From NCBI GenBank assembly GCA_963719515.1, contig CAVRCJ010000003.1, positions 320,001 through 384,000 on the forward strand: DNA of 64,000 nucleotides, given 5' to 3'. A program made the position numbers and the translations under genes. Source of the DNA: an uncultured cyanobacterium. GTDB lineage: Bacteria > Cyanobacteriota > Cyanobacteriia > CAKZMO01. Of the stretch, positions 46,682-58,280 are shown piece by piece; the first letter of the stretch is position 1, and each line of letters opens with the position of its first letter. The notes beneath the pieces are model-generated. The model had not been told where the DNA came from. It searched no databases and saw only the letters and a program-made list of their open reading frames with translations.

Positions 46682-48535
46682 ATGGCGTTCACTAGTAATT
46701 TCCTTCCTCAAAACTCTGGCGCTGAGCCGGCTCAGCCCGAAGCGTTACAGCTAGAGATGATTGAGCGGGTCGCCGCTGATGATCTCGATCAGCTGATCGA
46801 AGTTTTGCCTCAGTCTATTCGGCAAGCAATAGAGCAGCACGACCAGCGCGATCGCCTCATTGAGGTGGTGCTAGACCTGGGCCGCCGCCCCGAAGTCCGC
46901 TTTGCCGATCACGTGGAGTACCTGTCGGAAACCCCCATTTCCACGGACGACTTGCTCTACTGCACCGACCGCATTGGGTCTTTTAGTGGCGACAACCGGG
47001 CGGGCATTGAGCGTACTCTGCACCGGATCAGCGCCATGCGCAACCGGGCGGGCGACGTCGTCGGACTCACCTGCCGCGTGGGCCGGGCCGTCTTTGGCAC
47101 CATCGGCATGATTCGCGACTTGGTGAGTACTGGGCAGTCGATGCTGCTACTAGGGCGACCTGGCGTGGGTAAAACGACGGCGCTGCGGGAGATTGCCCGC
47201 GTGCTGGCGGACGACTTTGATAAGCGCGTGGTGATTATCGACACCTCCAACGAGATTGCCGGGGATGGCGACATTCCCCACCCGGCCATTGGACGGGCGA
47301 GGCGGATGCAGGTTGCTCGCCCTGAGCTGCAGCACCAGGTCATGATTGAGGCCGTGGAGAACCACATGCCGGAGGTCATCGTCATCGATGAGATTGGCAC
47401 AGAGCTAGAGGCGCTGGCGGCTCGCACCATCGCCGAGCGCGGCGTGCAGCTGGTGGGAACGGCCCACGGCAACCAAATCGAGAATTTGGTCAAGAACCCC
47501 ACCCTGTCTGACCTAGTGGGGGGGATCCAGTCGGTGACCCTGGGGGACGATGAGGCCCGGCGACGGGGCAGCCAGAAAAGCGTGCTGGAGCGCAAAGCGC
47601 CACCCACCTTCGACATCGCCATTGAAATGCTGGAGCGCTACCGCTGGGTGGTTCACGAGTCGGTGTCAGATACCATCGATCTGCTGCTGCGAGACCGGCT
47701 GCCTAACCCTCAGGTGCGGACGGTGCAGGAGTCGGGCAAGGTGCTAATCACCCGAGAGCTGGCCGAGGCCAAACCCGGAAAGACGCGATCGCTGCGGTCC
47801 CATGCCGGCGGCAGGCGCAGCGCCAGTCAGTCTTCGGGCTCTTCCTTAGGTCAGCCGCTGGGGCAGGGCATAGGCTGGCGCGCTTCGGGTCAAATGACGC
47901 CCCTGCCCGTCAGCGACCCGCGTCAGCCTACGGCCATCGGCCATCGGCAGGAGTTTGACCAACTGCTCAGCGATTCGCTTGAGCAGTCAGGGCTGGGAAC
48001 CTCGGTTCAGTCTGTGGGACCGGATGGTGAGGATTTGCCGCTGCACGTCTATCCCTACGGCGTCAGCCGGCAAAACCTAGAGCAGGTGATCTACACCACA
48101 AATATGCCCATGGTGCTCACCAAGGATCTAGATCATGCCGACGTGGTGCTGGCGCTGCGATCGCATATCAAAAATCACTCTAAGCTGCGCCACCTGGCTA
48201 AGGTGCGGCAAATTCCCATCTACACCGTCAAGTCCAACAGCGTGCCGCAGATTATCCGGGCGGCAAGGCGGATGCTGCGGCTGGACGACAGTCCGGCGGA
48301 GCCCATCAACATCAACCTATTTTCCCGCAGCGGCGGTGAAGACGAGATTGAGGCGCTCGAAGAGACTCGCCTAGCGGTAGAGCAGGTGGTCCTTCCCAAC
48401 GGACAGCCCGTCGAGCTGCTGCCCCGCTCCGCTGAAATCCGCAAGATGCAGCACGAGCTAGTGGAGCACTACCGCCTCAAGTCGTCGAGCTTTGGGGAGG
48501 AGCCCAACCGCCGTCTGCGGATCTATCCTGCCTAA
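46682..48535 (+). CDS. ycf45: Ycf45/SpoIIIAA-like AAA ATPase with a C-terminal R3H domain
   Basis: GRPGVGKTT, IDEIG, GTAHG, RKMQHELVE...GEEPNRRL. Confidence 0.9.
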   Translation: MAFTSNFLPQNSGAEPAQPEALQLEMIERVAADDLDQLIEVLPQSIRQAIEQHDQRDRLIEVVLDLGRRPEVRFADHVEYLSETPISTDDLLYCTDRIGSFSGDNRAGIERTLHRISAMRNRAGDVVGLTCRVGRAVFGTIGMIRDLVSTGQSMLLLGRPGVGKTTALREIARVLADDFDKRVVIIDTSNEIAGDGDIPHPAIGRARRMQVARPELQHQVMIEAVENHMPEVIVIDEIGTELEALAARTIAERGVQLVGTAHGNQIENLVKNPTLSDLVGGIQSVTLGDDEARRRGSQKSVLERKAPPTFDIAIEMLERYRWVVHESVSDTIDLLLRDRLPNPQVRTVQESGKVLITRELAEAKPGKTRSLRSHAGGRRSASQSSGSSLGQPLGQGIGWRASGQMTPLPVSDPRQPTAIGHRQEFDQLLSDSLEQSGLGTSVQSVGPDGEDLPLHVYPYGVSRQNLEQVIYTTNMPMVLTKDLDHADVVLALRSHIKNHSKLRHLAKVRQIPIYTVKSNSVPQIIRAARRMLRLDDSPAEPININLFSRSGGEDEIEALEETRLAVEQVVLPNGQPVELLPRSAEIRKMQHELVEHYRLKSSSFGEEPNRRLRIYPA

Positions 48536-48552
48536 GGCGGCTGGGCCTAAAT

Positions 48553-48593
48553 CTATCTGTAGCGATCGCCTTGTGGCCGGACGCTACAGATAG
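48553..48593. terminator. 12-bp hairpin after ycf45 (terminator or REP-like)
   Basis: CTATCTGTAGCG-N17-CGCTACAGATAG. Confidence 0.55.
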
Positions 48594-48642
48594 CAAAAAC
48601 TTGTGCTTAAATAAGGGGCAGCTCCTTTAGCGGCCAGCCGCC

Positions 48643-49224
48643 ATGCCCCCCAAGCCACCCCACCAACCGTCGCTGTTTACCGCCGCCGAGCAGCGAGCCT
48701 GTATCGCCGCCCCCCAGGCCTTCGACGCTGGCATTACGGCGGAGGCGCTGCAGCAGTGGAAAGCCCGTGTGGTGGCTTATCAAGCCAGCGTCGAGCCCGC
48801 TGTCCGTCAGCCTTCACTGTTTGGCGAGCAGAGTCAGCCCCCAACCCCTGAACCAGCGGCGATCGCTCCCTTTTCGCTGGCGCAGCAAAACTTCTTTTTC
48901 TTTAACTGGCCCGCCGATCGCCACCCCGACAGCGCCTGCCTCTACTTCGTCATCGATAGCACCTCATCTCTATTGCTGTATATCGGCGAGACCTGCCGCG
49001 CCAATCAGCGGTGGAAGGGGGTGCATGACTGCAAGCAGTACGTCCTCAACTATCAGACGCTTCACTTCCGCCATCAGCTCCCGACCGCCATCAACACGGC
49101 CTTTTATTGGGAGGCTCCTATACAAACTCGTCCCAGGCAACAGCTAGAGTCGGCGCTGATTACGCGGTGGCGATCGCCTTTCAACAAAGAAAACTGGCGC
49201 TTTTGGAGTACGCCTTTTATCTAG
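48643..49224 (+). CDS. GIY-YIG nuclease family protein
   Basis: CLYFV...LLYIGET, RWKGVH, LESALI..W.SPFNKE. Confidence 0.85.
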   Translation: MPPKPPHQPSLFTAAEQRACIAAPQAFDAGITAEALQQWKARVVAYQASVEPAVRQPSLFGEQSQPPTPEPAAIAPFSLAQQNFFFFNWPADRHPDSACLYFVIDSTSSLLLYIGETCRANQRWKGVHDCKQYVLNYQTLHFRHQLPTAINTAFYWEAPIQTRPRQQLESALITRWRSPFNKENWRFWSTPFI

Positions 49225-49496
49225 GTTCGACCCTTCAAAAGTGTGGCCTCGAAGCTATCTTTTCAATTCCCTATAATTTCCCCGTAGGTGACTGGCTCTT
49301 GGACAAGGGGGCGTTGCCAGAGCCAGTGCAAACCTTAAGTGAATCGGGGAGCGTGCGATTCAGAACTCCATCTTTAATTAGTATGACGCTCTATATTGCG
49401 ATCGCCTGTGACGCCTAGTGGCCGGCTAGCGTGATTGTTGACGCTGAACGCGGTGACAGTGCTGGCGCGAATTTTGTGACTGCTTCTCCTAAACCT

Positions 49497-49512
49497 TGTG
49501 ATGTGTCTCACA
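49497..49512. promoter_or_regulatory. Perfect CRP-family binding site
   Basis: TGTGA-TGTGTC-TCACA in the intergenic region ~150 bp upstream of dxr. Confidence 0.65.
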
Positions 49513-49664
49513 AAAGTAAAACCCGTGTGGGCTATTCCCCCCGCAAACACTGGGTTGAGCTAGCGAAAACTTAGGGCAGTACCGCGCAGCGTCTTATAGT
49601 AAGGGTGGCGGCGCAGCCCGACCACTGGTTCCCACCCTCTATTCCACATTTAGGTCATATCGTT

Positions 49665-50846
49665 GTGAAACCGATCACGATTCTCGGCTCTACGGGTTCA
49701 ATTGGCACACAAACCTTAGATATCGTTACGCAATACCCCGAAGAATTTCGCGTCGTGGGGTTAGCCGCTCGGCGCAACGTTGAGCAGCTGGCGCAGCAGG
49801 TGCGGCAGTTTCACCCTGAGATCGTGGCCATCTGTGACGCCGCGCTAGAATCGGCGCTGAAAGAGGCGATCGCCGATGTGACGCCCCAGCCCATTATCGT
49901 AGCGGGAGAAACGGGGGTAGTGGAGGTGGCTCGCTACGGCGACGCCCAGGCCGTGGTGACGGGCATTGTGGGCTGCGCGGGACTGCTGCCGACCCTGGCC
50001 GCCATTGAGGCGGGTAAGGACATTGCCCTGGCCAACAAAGAAACCCTGATTGCCGGGGGGCCAGTGGTCCTGCCCCTGCTAGAGAAGCACGGCAGTCGGC
50101 TATTGCCCGCCGACTCTGAGCATTCGGCTATTTTTCAGTGCCTCCAAGGGGTGCCCGAAGGGGGCTTGCGGCGCATCATTCTCACGGCGTCGGGGGGCTC
50201 CTTCCGCGACTGGCCCGTGGAGCGGCTGCAGGACGTGACCGTAGCGGACGCGCTGAAGCACCCCAACTGGTCTATGGGGCAAAAAATCACCATCGACTCC
50301 GCCACGCTAATGAACAAAGGCCTAGAGGTGATCGAAGCCCACTACCTGTTCGACACCGACTACGACCACATCGACATCGTCATCCATCCCCAGAGCATCA
50401 TTCACTCGCTCATTGAGCTGCAGGATACCTCGGTGCTGGCGCAGCTGGGCTGGCCCGACATGCGGCTGCCTCTGCTCTACGCGCTGTCCTGGCCCGAGCG
50501 CCTGCCCACCAACTGGGAACCCCTAGACCTGGTAAAAGCCGGCGACCTGACCTTCCGAGAGCCGGACCACGACAAGTATCCCTGCATGCAGCTGGCCTAC
50601 AGCGCGGGGCGGGCGGGGGGCACCATGCCCGCGGTGCTCAACGCCGCCAACGAGCAGGCCGTGGCGCTGTTTCTGGAGGAGAAAATTCGCTTCTTAGATA
50701 TCCCAGTGCTGATTGAGTCGGTGTGCGATCGCCACCAGCAAGACCACCACCGCCAGCCCAGCCTGGACGACATTTTGGCGGTAGACCAGTGGGCGCGCGA
50801 GGCCGTGAGGGAAGCCCACAGCGCTCAAAAATCTGTGGTGGTTTAG
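49665..50846 (+). CDS. dxr: 1-deoxy-D-xylulose-5-phosphate reductoisomerase
   Basis: [46 protein letters not shown] start 49665. Confidence 0.98.
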   Translation: MKPITILGSTGSIGTQTLDIVTQYPEEFRVVGLAARRNVEQLAQQVRQFHPEIVAICDAALESALKEAIADVTPQPIIVAGETGVVEVARYGDAQAVVTGIVGCAGLLPTLAAIEAGKDIALANKETLIAGGPVVLPLLEKHGSRLLPADSEHSAIFQCLQGVPEGGLRRIILTASGGSFRDWPVERLQDVTVADALKHPNWSMGQKITIDSATLMNKGLEVIEAHYLFDTDYDHIDIVIHPQSIIHSLIELQDTSVLAQLGWPDMRLPLLYALSWPERLPTNWEPLDLVKAGDLTFREPDHDKYPCMQLAYSAGRAGGTMPAVLNAANEQAVALFLEEKIRFLDIPVLIESVCDRHQQDHHRQPSLDDILAVDQWAREAVREAHSAQKSVVV

Positions 50847-50853
50847 GAGCGCG

Positions 50854-52109
50854 ATGTACGCTGTTGGCTTAATGAGCGGTACCTCCGCAGACGGCATCGA
50901 TGCCGCCCTCATCGAAATATCGGGACCACCCGCACAGCCCTCGGTACGCCTGCTGGCAGGCCAGACCTACCCCTACGCCCCGACCTACAGCAGACCATCT
51001 GGGCGGTGTGCGCTGGCCAATCCCTCACCTTGGCGTCTCTAGCCGCTCTAGATGACGCGATCGCCCGCGCCTTTGCCCAGGCTGCCCAAGATATCCAGGC
51101 CCACCATCCCCCTGCGCAGCTTGTGGGCTCTCATGGCCAAACCGTCTACCACCGTCCCCGTCAGCCGCTGGATCCCTTGGCCGCTAGTGCCACTGAGGCT
51201 CGGCCTACCCTAGAGCAAACCGACCACAGCTTGGCCTACAGCCTGCAGCTAGGGCGCGGCGATGAGATTGCCCGACTGACAGGGCTGCCTGTGGTGGCCA
51301 ACTTTCGGCAGGCCGACGTGGCTCTGGGCGGCGAAGGGGCTCCCCTCGTGCCCGCCATCGACGCGGTGCTGCTGCGCCACCCCACCCTATGGCGCTGCGT
51401 GCAAAACATCGGCGGCATTGGCAATGTCGCCTATCTGCCGCCGATCTCCAGCTCGGAGCCCGTCCGCGGTTGGGACACAGGGCCTGGGAACTCGCTATTG
51501 GACTTGGCCGTCCAGGCTCTATCAGAGGGGCAGCAGCTCTACGATGCGAACGGAGCCTGGGCAGCAACCGGCAGGGTGTGCGAGCCGCTGCGGCACCGCT
51601 GGCTCAGCCATCCCTTTTTTGCCCAGCCGCCGCCTAAGTCTACGGGCCGCGAGCTATTTGGCGCTGAATTTTTGCAGCAGTGCCTCGCCGATGCCGAGCC
51701 CTACGACCTGAGTCCGGCGGATCTGCTGGCCACTTTGGGTGACCTCACCGCCCTCTCTATTGCTCAAAGCTACCGGCATCTCCCGCGCCAACCTGACCAG
51801 GTGCTGCTCTGCGGCGGCGGACGGCACAATCAGTACCTGGTTAGTCGTCTGCAGCATCACCTAGGTGCGGTGCCGCTGCTGACCACCGACGCCGCTGGTC
51901 TCGACGTTGCCGATCTTGACCCCGATTACAAAGAGGCGATCGCGTTTGGCCTATTGGGCTACTGGCGCTGGCACGGCGTTCCCAGTAATCTTCCTAGCGC
52001 CACGGGGGCTTCTCGCGCTGTTTCCCTGGGCGAGGTCTATCTCCCCCCTCAGTGGTCCTATGATAGAATTAGAGCCACTGTGCCCCCCGTACTGACAACC
52101 CCGCATTAG
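50854..52109 (+). pseudogene. anmK: Anhydro-N-acetylmuramic acid kinase; one frameshift in the CCCC run at ~50980, likely an assembly error
   Basis: [12 protein letters not shown] in the first ORF; GSHGQT, GGEGAPLVP, NIGGI, DTGPGN, PKSTGRE in the second. Confidence 0.9.
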
Positions 52110-52123
52110 AGTGATACGTACCC

Positions 52124-52570
52124 GTGGCACATACGTTTCTTATAGAGGATGGTCGCTGGTTTTTGAGCGGCAGCTGGCTCGACCGAGACGGCCCATCGGT
52201 AACGGTAAACGGCAAGCTTTTGGTCGTCTGGAATCGAGATAACTGGTATACCTTAGTCACTAAGCTCAGCTTTCCCAGCGGCGATCGCGATGAGATTTCG
52301 CTCCAGTACCGAGGGCGGTTTATCAGTGATAACCGGCGCTATACCTTCGTCCTTCAGCACAGCCACCTTGGGCGGGTTGAAGGAGAGGGCTGGGTCGCCC
52401 CTGAGTCGATTATTCAGCGCTATTGGGTGCTGGGGGACCGCGATCGCCGCGCTGGGTTCGAGAGCCTCCACCGAATCACCAGCGATCGCTATCACCTATC
52501 GAGCAGCATCATGTCGGGCCACTACCTGACCAGCATGATGGAGGGTACCCTGAGCCGCCGGGCGGGCTAA
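52124..52570 (+). CDS. Hypothetical protein (beta-rich)
   Basis: Clean ORF following anmK; AHTFL..GRW, GRVEGEGWVAPESIIQRYWVLGD. Confidence 0.75.
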   Translation: MAHTFLIEDGRWFLSGSWLDRDGPSVTVNGKLLVVWNRDNWYTLVTKLSFPSGDRDEISLQYRGRFISDNRRYTFVLQHSHLGRVEGEGWVAPESIIQRYWVLGDRDRRAGFESLHRITSDRYHLSSSIMSGHYLTSMMEGTLSRRAG

Positions 52571-52614
52571 CGCCCTCTCCCAATCCGCTACGAGGCTAAC
52601 TCGACCCAATTGAC

Positions 52615-54027
52615 CTAAGGCCAATCGTTTGTCCCGCTAATCGCTAGGTCTTCCTCAAAGCTAAACAACTTGAGGTGCTCTGGGTTCTCCAGCAGCATTT
52701 TGGACAGAATTAGAGCGGCGATCGTCCAGGTTTGATATTTACGCGAGGCTTTACCCACCAAGCGTCCATTGCGACCGTCGTAATACTCTGGCCACTCGTC
52801 TCGGCTCAGCCGCTTCTCCGCTAGCGCAACGGCGCGCTCCCCAATTTCAGGCCGCCCGAGCTTGACGGAAGCCGCCACCAGCATCCACATGAGCAGCGGC
52901 CAGTTGCCGCCGTTGTGGTAAGACCAGGGCACGTTCTTGGGGTCGCAGCCGGTCAAAATTCGCCATTCGTCTCCCTCTATGGCCGGAAAGCAGATCTTCA
53001 TGGGCATGTAGCCCACTAGGTCGTCCCAGCGCTGCTCGATTAGATCGACAATAGAGCGGGACTCTCGCTCGCTCGCCAATGAGCAAATCACGGCCATCAG
53101 GTTCCCCAAGGCATAGAAGCGGAAGTCAATCTGGGCAGGGCCGAGGTTACCCGCCAAATAGCCGCCCTCTTCCGGCATCCATTCCGTCAGCCAGACGGGG
53201 ATAGAGTCGGGATAAATATTGAACTTGTTGACGGCCTGGGTTCCAAATTCTTCTCCCCGATAGCGGTAGATATCATTCAGCCGCCGCAGGTCTAGCCAGT
53301 AATACTCGCGGATAAAGTGGTTGAGGGTAATCAACCGCTGGCTGATCACCTGCATATAGACCTCGCGCCGCTTGTTGCCCGGAATAAGGAGGTCCTGAGC
53401 GGCCCTCAGCGCCGCGTAGAATAGCGCCTGAATTTCTAGAGGATGGCCTGCGACCCCCATGCGCCGGTCGATCATGAAGGAGGCGTCGGGCACCAGCAGC
53501 GTGGGGTACATATCGAAGCGGTCGGCCAGGCAGAGCTTTAAAATGAGAATAATGCCGTCCTGAAACTCAGGCCGCTCCGCCAGCTCGCGATCGCCTGTGG
53601 CACGGGTGTAGGCCCGCAGCAAAATCAGCCACCAAAAGCTAGAGTCTACCGGCGTGACGCGGCCAATGGCGTGCTCGCCAAAGTCGGCCACCAGGTGCTG
53701 CTGTTCGCCCCAGTGCTCTACCTTAAAGCTAGCGGGCATGAGCCCTTGACCCGCGTTGAAGCGGTCCATCTGCTTGTCGCTGCTCTGCAGCATCAGCGTC
53801 TCTATCAAAAAGTGGCGCACGATGTCCGTTTGGCCGTTCATCAGAAAGACGAGGGCCGACGGCACAAAGTCTCGCACAAAACACTGGTCGTAGTTGAGCG
53901 CTTCCACCTCTGGATCACGAGCCGCAACGGTCCCCACGGCGTTCTCGTTGTAGTAGAGAACGGAGGCTTCCAGAAGCTTCCAGGCTTCCGGCAAAAGGCT
54001 ATTTTTGAGGCGAATCACAGATGTCAT
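52615..54027 (-). CDS. Alkaline/neutral invertase (GH100)
   Basis: [50 protein letters not shown]. Confidence 0.96.
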   Translation of the reverse strand: MTSVIRLKNSLLPEAWKLLEASVLYYNENAVGTVAARDPEVEALNYDQCFVRDFVPSALVFLMNGQTDIVRHFLIETLMLQSSDKQMDRFNAGQGLMPASFKVEHWGEQQHLVADFGEHAIGRVTPVDSSFWWLILLRAYTRATGDRELAERPEFQDGIILILKLCLADRFDMYPTLLVPDASFMIDRRMGVAGHPLEIQALFYAALRAAQDLLIPGNKRREVYMQVISQRLITLNHFIREYYWLDLRRLNDIYRYRGEEFGTQAVNKFNIYPDSIPVWLTEWMPEEGGYLAGNLGPAQIDFRFYALGNLMAVICSLASERESRSIVDLIEQRWDDLVGYMPMKICFPAIEGDEWRILTGCDPKNVPWSYHNGGNWPLLMWMLVAASVKLGRPEIGERAVALAEKRLSRDEWPEYYDGRNGRLVGKASRKYQTWTIAALILSKMLLENPEHLKLFSFEEDLAISGTNDWP

Positions 54028-54749
54028 AGAAACGGACCAAGATTTAAAGGGTAAACAATAGCAAAGTGGACTGCAGAGGGCTAACGACAAGCAGCGATGG
54101 GCTGACGCCTACAGCAATAGGATTAGCCTTTCCCCAAAACTAGAGACTGCTTTGAGATCTGTCTCTGCAGCGCTGTTGTGCAGGTTGGCCGCATAGCTCA
54201 ACTGCACAAATCGAACGTATAGATTTAGAGGCGCAGGCCGGATTCATAACTTGAAAGCTTAGTCGCGGTCTTCGGGCGAGTGGCAGGTGATCAAGTGAAA
54301 CGTTATCAATAGTAAAGAAACGTAGTTGGATTTCAATTTGCAATTAGCCCAAACGAGACGAGAGGCGATCGCCAACTGGAGTCAATAGTAGAAGACGCGC
54401 TAGCGCTAGCGCTATCCCGGGGGAGGCCTGTAAGCGTCTTATCTACTGTTTGAAACCAAACCTGGTCTAGGTTGGAAAGCGGGGCGCTCTCTGCGGGGCT
54501 CCACCTCTCAATAAGGGGTTTACTTACGAGTTTCTATAAGCTGCTTTACCGGTAGTGAATGGTCTTACCGGCGTAACTGATAGTCAAACTGTTGCACTCC
54601 CACCTAAGAAATTCCACTGTTTGACGTCGCCTTTATTGAAAATTTATCGAATTGCCTCGGATTGCGAATTCCTCCCCAACTCAATTTGGTTCTGGGGTTG
54701 GGCCATAGCGGTAGAATAGCTGAGCTTACCCTGAAGGGGCTCGTTTGGT

Positions 54750-55622
54750 GTGGCTATGCTGGTTTGGGAACTAGACTTCTACTCTCGTCCGCTGCTGGAC
54801 GAAAAGGGTAAAAAACGGTGGGAGCTGCTGCTGTGCGAAAGTCCGATGACGGTGACGCGGGATGTCTCATCCCTATATCGCTACTCGGCCTTTTGTAGCA
54901 GCACTGAGGTCAACTCGGTATGGCTCAGACGGACGCTGGAAGCGGCGATCGCCCAAGCCCCTGCCCCCCCCGACCGCATTCGCTTTTTCCGTAGGCAAAT
55001 GACCAACATGATCACCAAAGCCTGCGACGATGCCGGACTATCGGTTTTTCCCAGTCGCCGGACGCTGGCGCTGCACAGCTGGCTACAGGAGCGGCTGGCC
55101 TCCGTCTACCCCACCATGGAAGGTTACAGCCCCGGCGTGTCTTCCTCTGTCAGCTATCCGCCTACTGAGCCCCAGCCGCTTCCCGACGCGCTGCTAGGCG
55201 ATCGCTGGGCGGTGGTGAGCCTAGAGGCCGATGCCTTGAGGGAGATGCCGGATTGGGAGGTTCAGTTTGGAGAAGCTTTCCCGCTGGAGTTTGTGGCCTT
55301 GGCCCCCGATACCCCGGTCCCTGGCCTCATGGTTTTCTCCCCTCGCGCCGACGCTATCGGAGCCTGGATGTCAGGCTTAGAGCTGGCGTTTTTGTCGGTT
55401 GAACCCACGCAGGTGGGAACAGTGGGCTTACTGCTGCATACAGGTGCTGACGACGCCTGGATTTTGGCCAGCCTGGCCTCAGAGTCGGTGCGGCAAGAGG
55501 CTGAGGCGTTTGAGATGATGAAGCAGGCGGCCAAGGGCCTGCACTTCTTAGGAATTCAGACGACTCCGGATTCGCAGGCCTTTGCCGGATTTTGGCTATT
55601 ACAGGAGCGCGATTTAGCGTAA
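54750..55622 (+). CDS. Tab2/Atab2 family RNA-binding protein (DUF1092)
   Basis: WELDFYSRP..DEKGKKRWELL, IRFFRRQM, GLHFLGIQ..FAGFWLL. Confidence 0.92.
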   Translation: MAMLVWELDFYSRPLLDEKGKKRWELLLCESPMTVTRDVSSLYRYSAFCSSTEVNSVWLRRTLEAAIAQAPAPPDRIRFFRRQMTNMITKACDDAGLSVFPSRRTLALHSWLQERLASVYPTMEGYSPGVSSSVSYPPTEPQPLPDALLGDRWAVVSLEADALREMPDWEVQFGEAFPLEFVALAPDTPVPGLMVFSPRADAIGAWMSGLELAFLSVEPTQVGTVGLLLHTGADDAWILASLASESVRQEAEAFEMMKQAAKGLHFLGIQTTPDSQAFAGFWLLQERDLA

Positions 55623-55686
55623 GATCGCAAAGCGACTTAGCTTTAGTCTTCCTTGCCGCAGCGACGCCGTTTAGCGAGGCCGCGCT

Positions 55687-57027
55687 ATGGCGTCTTTGGG
55701 TCAAGCTGTTACCTCTCAACCTATGGTGTTCGATAGTCGAAAGCCAGATGTTTTGTCTGAGCAGGTGCTTGAGCTTGCCCGCAGTGCAGGAGCAGAAGCC
55801 GCCGAGGTGTACCAGGCACTCTCGGACACGAATCCTGTCTTTTTTGAAGCCAATCGGCTTAAGCGCATTGAGCGATCTCAAACTGAAGGACTCGCCCTAC
55901 GGCTGTGGCGCAATGGACAGCCCGGTTTGGCGATCGCCCATGGGCCTATTGAGCCCCAAAATTTGGTCGATCGCGCCATTGCGGTTAGCCGGCTCACTCG
56001 TCCTGAAGCCGCCGACTTGGCTTCTCCTAAAGCCTTACGCTACGCCGATGTGGGGCATGGGGTTTCGGCTCAACAGCTGATCGATTGGGGCGAAGCGGCG
56101 ATCGCCCAGGTGCGCGATCGTCATCCCGAGGTGCTGTGCTACGCCGAGTGGAGCTGTGAGGCGGAAACCACGCGACTGCTCAACTCCGAGGGTTTAGACT
56201 ACCGCTACACCGACACCACCCTCAGCAGCTATATGAGCGTTGAGCGCGTTCGCGAGGGCGACTTCCTCAACGTGTCGGACGGCGAAACCCGGCGAGATCA
56301 GCTTTCGACAGAAGACTTAGTCGATCAGATTCTGCAGCGCATTGACTGGGCCCAGGGCACCGTCGATGCGCCTCAAGGCCGGGTTCCCGTCTTGTTTACC
56401 TCAAAGGCGGCAGACCTGCTGTGGGATACCGTGCAGGCGGCGTTGGACGGCAAGCGGGTGATTGAGCGAGCCTCTCCCTGGAGCGACTTACTGGGGGAGC
56501 AGGTGCTCAGCCCTCAGCTCACCCTATCGCAGCAGCCCCAGGTAGGCCCCTTTAGCTGTCCCTTCGATGATGAGGGCATTCCCACTAAAGAGATTATGTT
56601 TGTTGAAGAGGGCATTCTGCAGCTGTTCTACACCGACCGTACCATTGGCGATCGCTTGGGCAGCGGCAGCACGGGCAATGGGTTTCGTCCGCAGCTGGGC
56701 AGCTATCCTACCCCAGGGCTGTTTAACTTTCTTGTAGAGCCCGGTGAGCGATCGCTGCTCGATTTGATCAAGCACCTCGACAACGGCATTGTGGTGGACC
56801 AAATGCTGGGGGGGGATGGCGGCATCTCGGGTGACTTCTCCATCAATGTGGACCTGGGCTACCGCGTGGAGCGTGGACGCATCGTGGGCCGGGTGAAGAA
56901 CACCATGGTCTCCGGCAACGTCTACGCTGCGCTTAAGCAGGTCACTCTAGGCAACGACCCCCAGTGGAATGGCCCTTGCTATACCCCCTCCGTCGCGGTG
57001 CAGGATCTCTCTGTGGTGAGCCGTTAG
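55687..57027 (+). CDS. pmbA: TldD/PmbA family protein (PmbA/TldE type)
   Basis: PFDDEG, STGNG, SGDFS, GRVKNTMVSGN; no HExxxH. Confidence 0.88.
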   Translation: MASLGQAVTSQPMVFDSRKPDVLSEQVLELARSAGAEAAEVYQALSDTNPVFFEANRLKRIERSQTEGLALRLWRNGQPGLAIAHGPIEPQNLVDRAIAVSRLTRPEAADLASPKALRYADVGHGVSAQQLIDWGEAAIAQVRDRHPEVLCYAEWSCEAETTRLLNSEGLDYRYTDTTLSSYMSVERVREGDFLNVSDGETRRDQLSTEDLVDQILQRIDWAQGTVDAPQGRVPVLFTSKAADLLWDTVQAALDGKRVIERASPWSDLLGEQVLSPQLTLSQQPQVGPFSCPFDDEGIPTKEIMFVEEGILQLFYTDRTIGDRLGSGSTGNGFRPQLGSYPTPGLFNFLVEPGERSLLDLIKHLDNGIVVDQMLGGDGGISGDFSINVDLGYRVERGRIVGRVKNTMVSGNVYAALKQVTLGNDPQWNGPCYTPSVAVQDLSVVSR

Positions 57028-58280
57028 TCAAACCAGCCAATATCCGCGTCGGAGATCTTCGGCGGGGGAAGCTTGGGCTGAGCTTTTTGGGTCTCGGCGT
57101 CAGCGGAGGCCGCATCACCAGAACCCGCATTGCTGGACGCCAGCGTGCTGCGCTTCACCCGCTGCAGCCCAGAAGTTTTCTTTGGGGTTCCCTCAGGGCG
57201 CTGGAGAGGGGCGACCCCAGGAGGCGGGGTCAGTGTTGTTTGCCCTGAGGGCATCTGCTCTGTTGACATGGGGGGTAGGGACGGCGAAGCAGCCGATGGA
57301 CTGGGGCGACGTGAGGCGGGGGCTGCCGAGATGGGAAAAGGTCGGGAAGCAGGGCGAGCTGCAGGTCTCCCTTTAGAAGGCACGACCGGCGGGGCTGCCG
57401 GCGCTGCAGACCGCATCTCTGAGCGCTGGGACGGCGCTTGATTAGAGGAGCCCTGGGTTAAGTTGCGGATATAGTCCTTGGCTTCGGCAAGCTCTCGCTG
57501 CAGGGTGGCTATTTTCTCGACCGATGCGCGAAGCTGGGCGATATGCTGCCGCTGCTCTTCGATGGTGGCCTGCTGCTCTTTTGCCTTGGTTTGCAGCGCC
57601 TGTTCTCGCTGTTGGGATTGAGCGAGCTGCCTCTCTAGGGCTGCGATCGCGGCGCTATCCGCCTCTGCGCCGTTCACCGTTGGCGGGTCTACGCTAGGCG
57701 GCGTCGCTTCAGGAGCGGCAGTGTCAGCAGGAGCAGGAGAAGGGATCTCAGCAGCGGCGACATCGTCATCGCCCTCTTGGTCCATAACGACGTCCATAAC
57801 GACGGTGGCAACAACGGCTCTAGCTGCGTCTGCTGCAGTCGTATCGTCTGGAGCCGCTACCCGTACTTCAGCCGCTGCTTTTATAGGGACGTCTGTGTTA
57901 TCCGCTTTGGCCACGGCACCTGATGCGTCCTCCGCTTTAGAAAAGTCAGCGCCAGCGGGCTCGTCACTAGGGCGATCGCCCTTCGGGAGTTTAGCGTCAC
58001 TTTTATCAGTGCCCTCAGCCGCTTTAGCACCGTCAGGAGCAACAGGCTCGACAGCAGCAGGCTCGACGACAGGTTGGGGCTCTGGGCTCTTCAGGTCGGC
58101 CTCAGCGCCCGTCCCTTCAACCTCAGCATCAACAGGCTGTACGTCTTCTACCGCTGCCTCATCTTCATCGACGGCGGCAGACTTTAGGTCTATTGGATCA
58201 GCCGTTAACGCATCGACAACCTCAGCTTCAATGGGCAGCGGCTCGACCCGCTGACTCCTTGCTTTACTCTTTGCCATCAT
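57024..58280 (-). CDS. Hypothetical acidic low-complexity coiled-coil protein
   Basis: Ala/Asp/Glu/Pro-rich with a central coiled coil; C-terminal SDADIGWFD; start uncertain. Confidence 0.7.
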   Translation of the reverse strand: MMAKSKARSQRVEPLPIEAEVVDALTADPIDLKSAAVDEDEAAVEDVQPVDAEVEGTGAEADLKSPEPQPVVEPAAVEPVAPDGAKAAEGTDKSDAKLPKGDRPSDEPAGADFSKAEDASGAVAKADNTDVPIKAAAEVRVAAPDDTTAADAARAVVATVVMDVVMDQEGDDDVAAAEIPSPAPADTAAPEATPPSVDPPTVNGAEADSAAIAALERQLAQSQQREQALQTKAKEQQATIEEQRQHIAQLRASVEKIATLQRELAEAKDYIRNLTQGSSNQAPSQRSEMRSAAPAAPPVVPSKGRPAARPASRPFPISAAPASRRPSPSAASPSLPPMSTEQMPSGQTTLTPPPGVAPLQRPEGTPKKTSGLQRVKRSTLASSNAGSGDAASADAETQKAQPKLPPPKISDADIGWFD

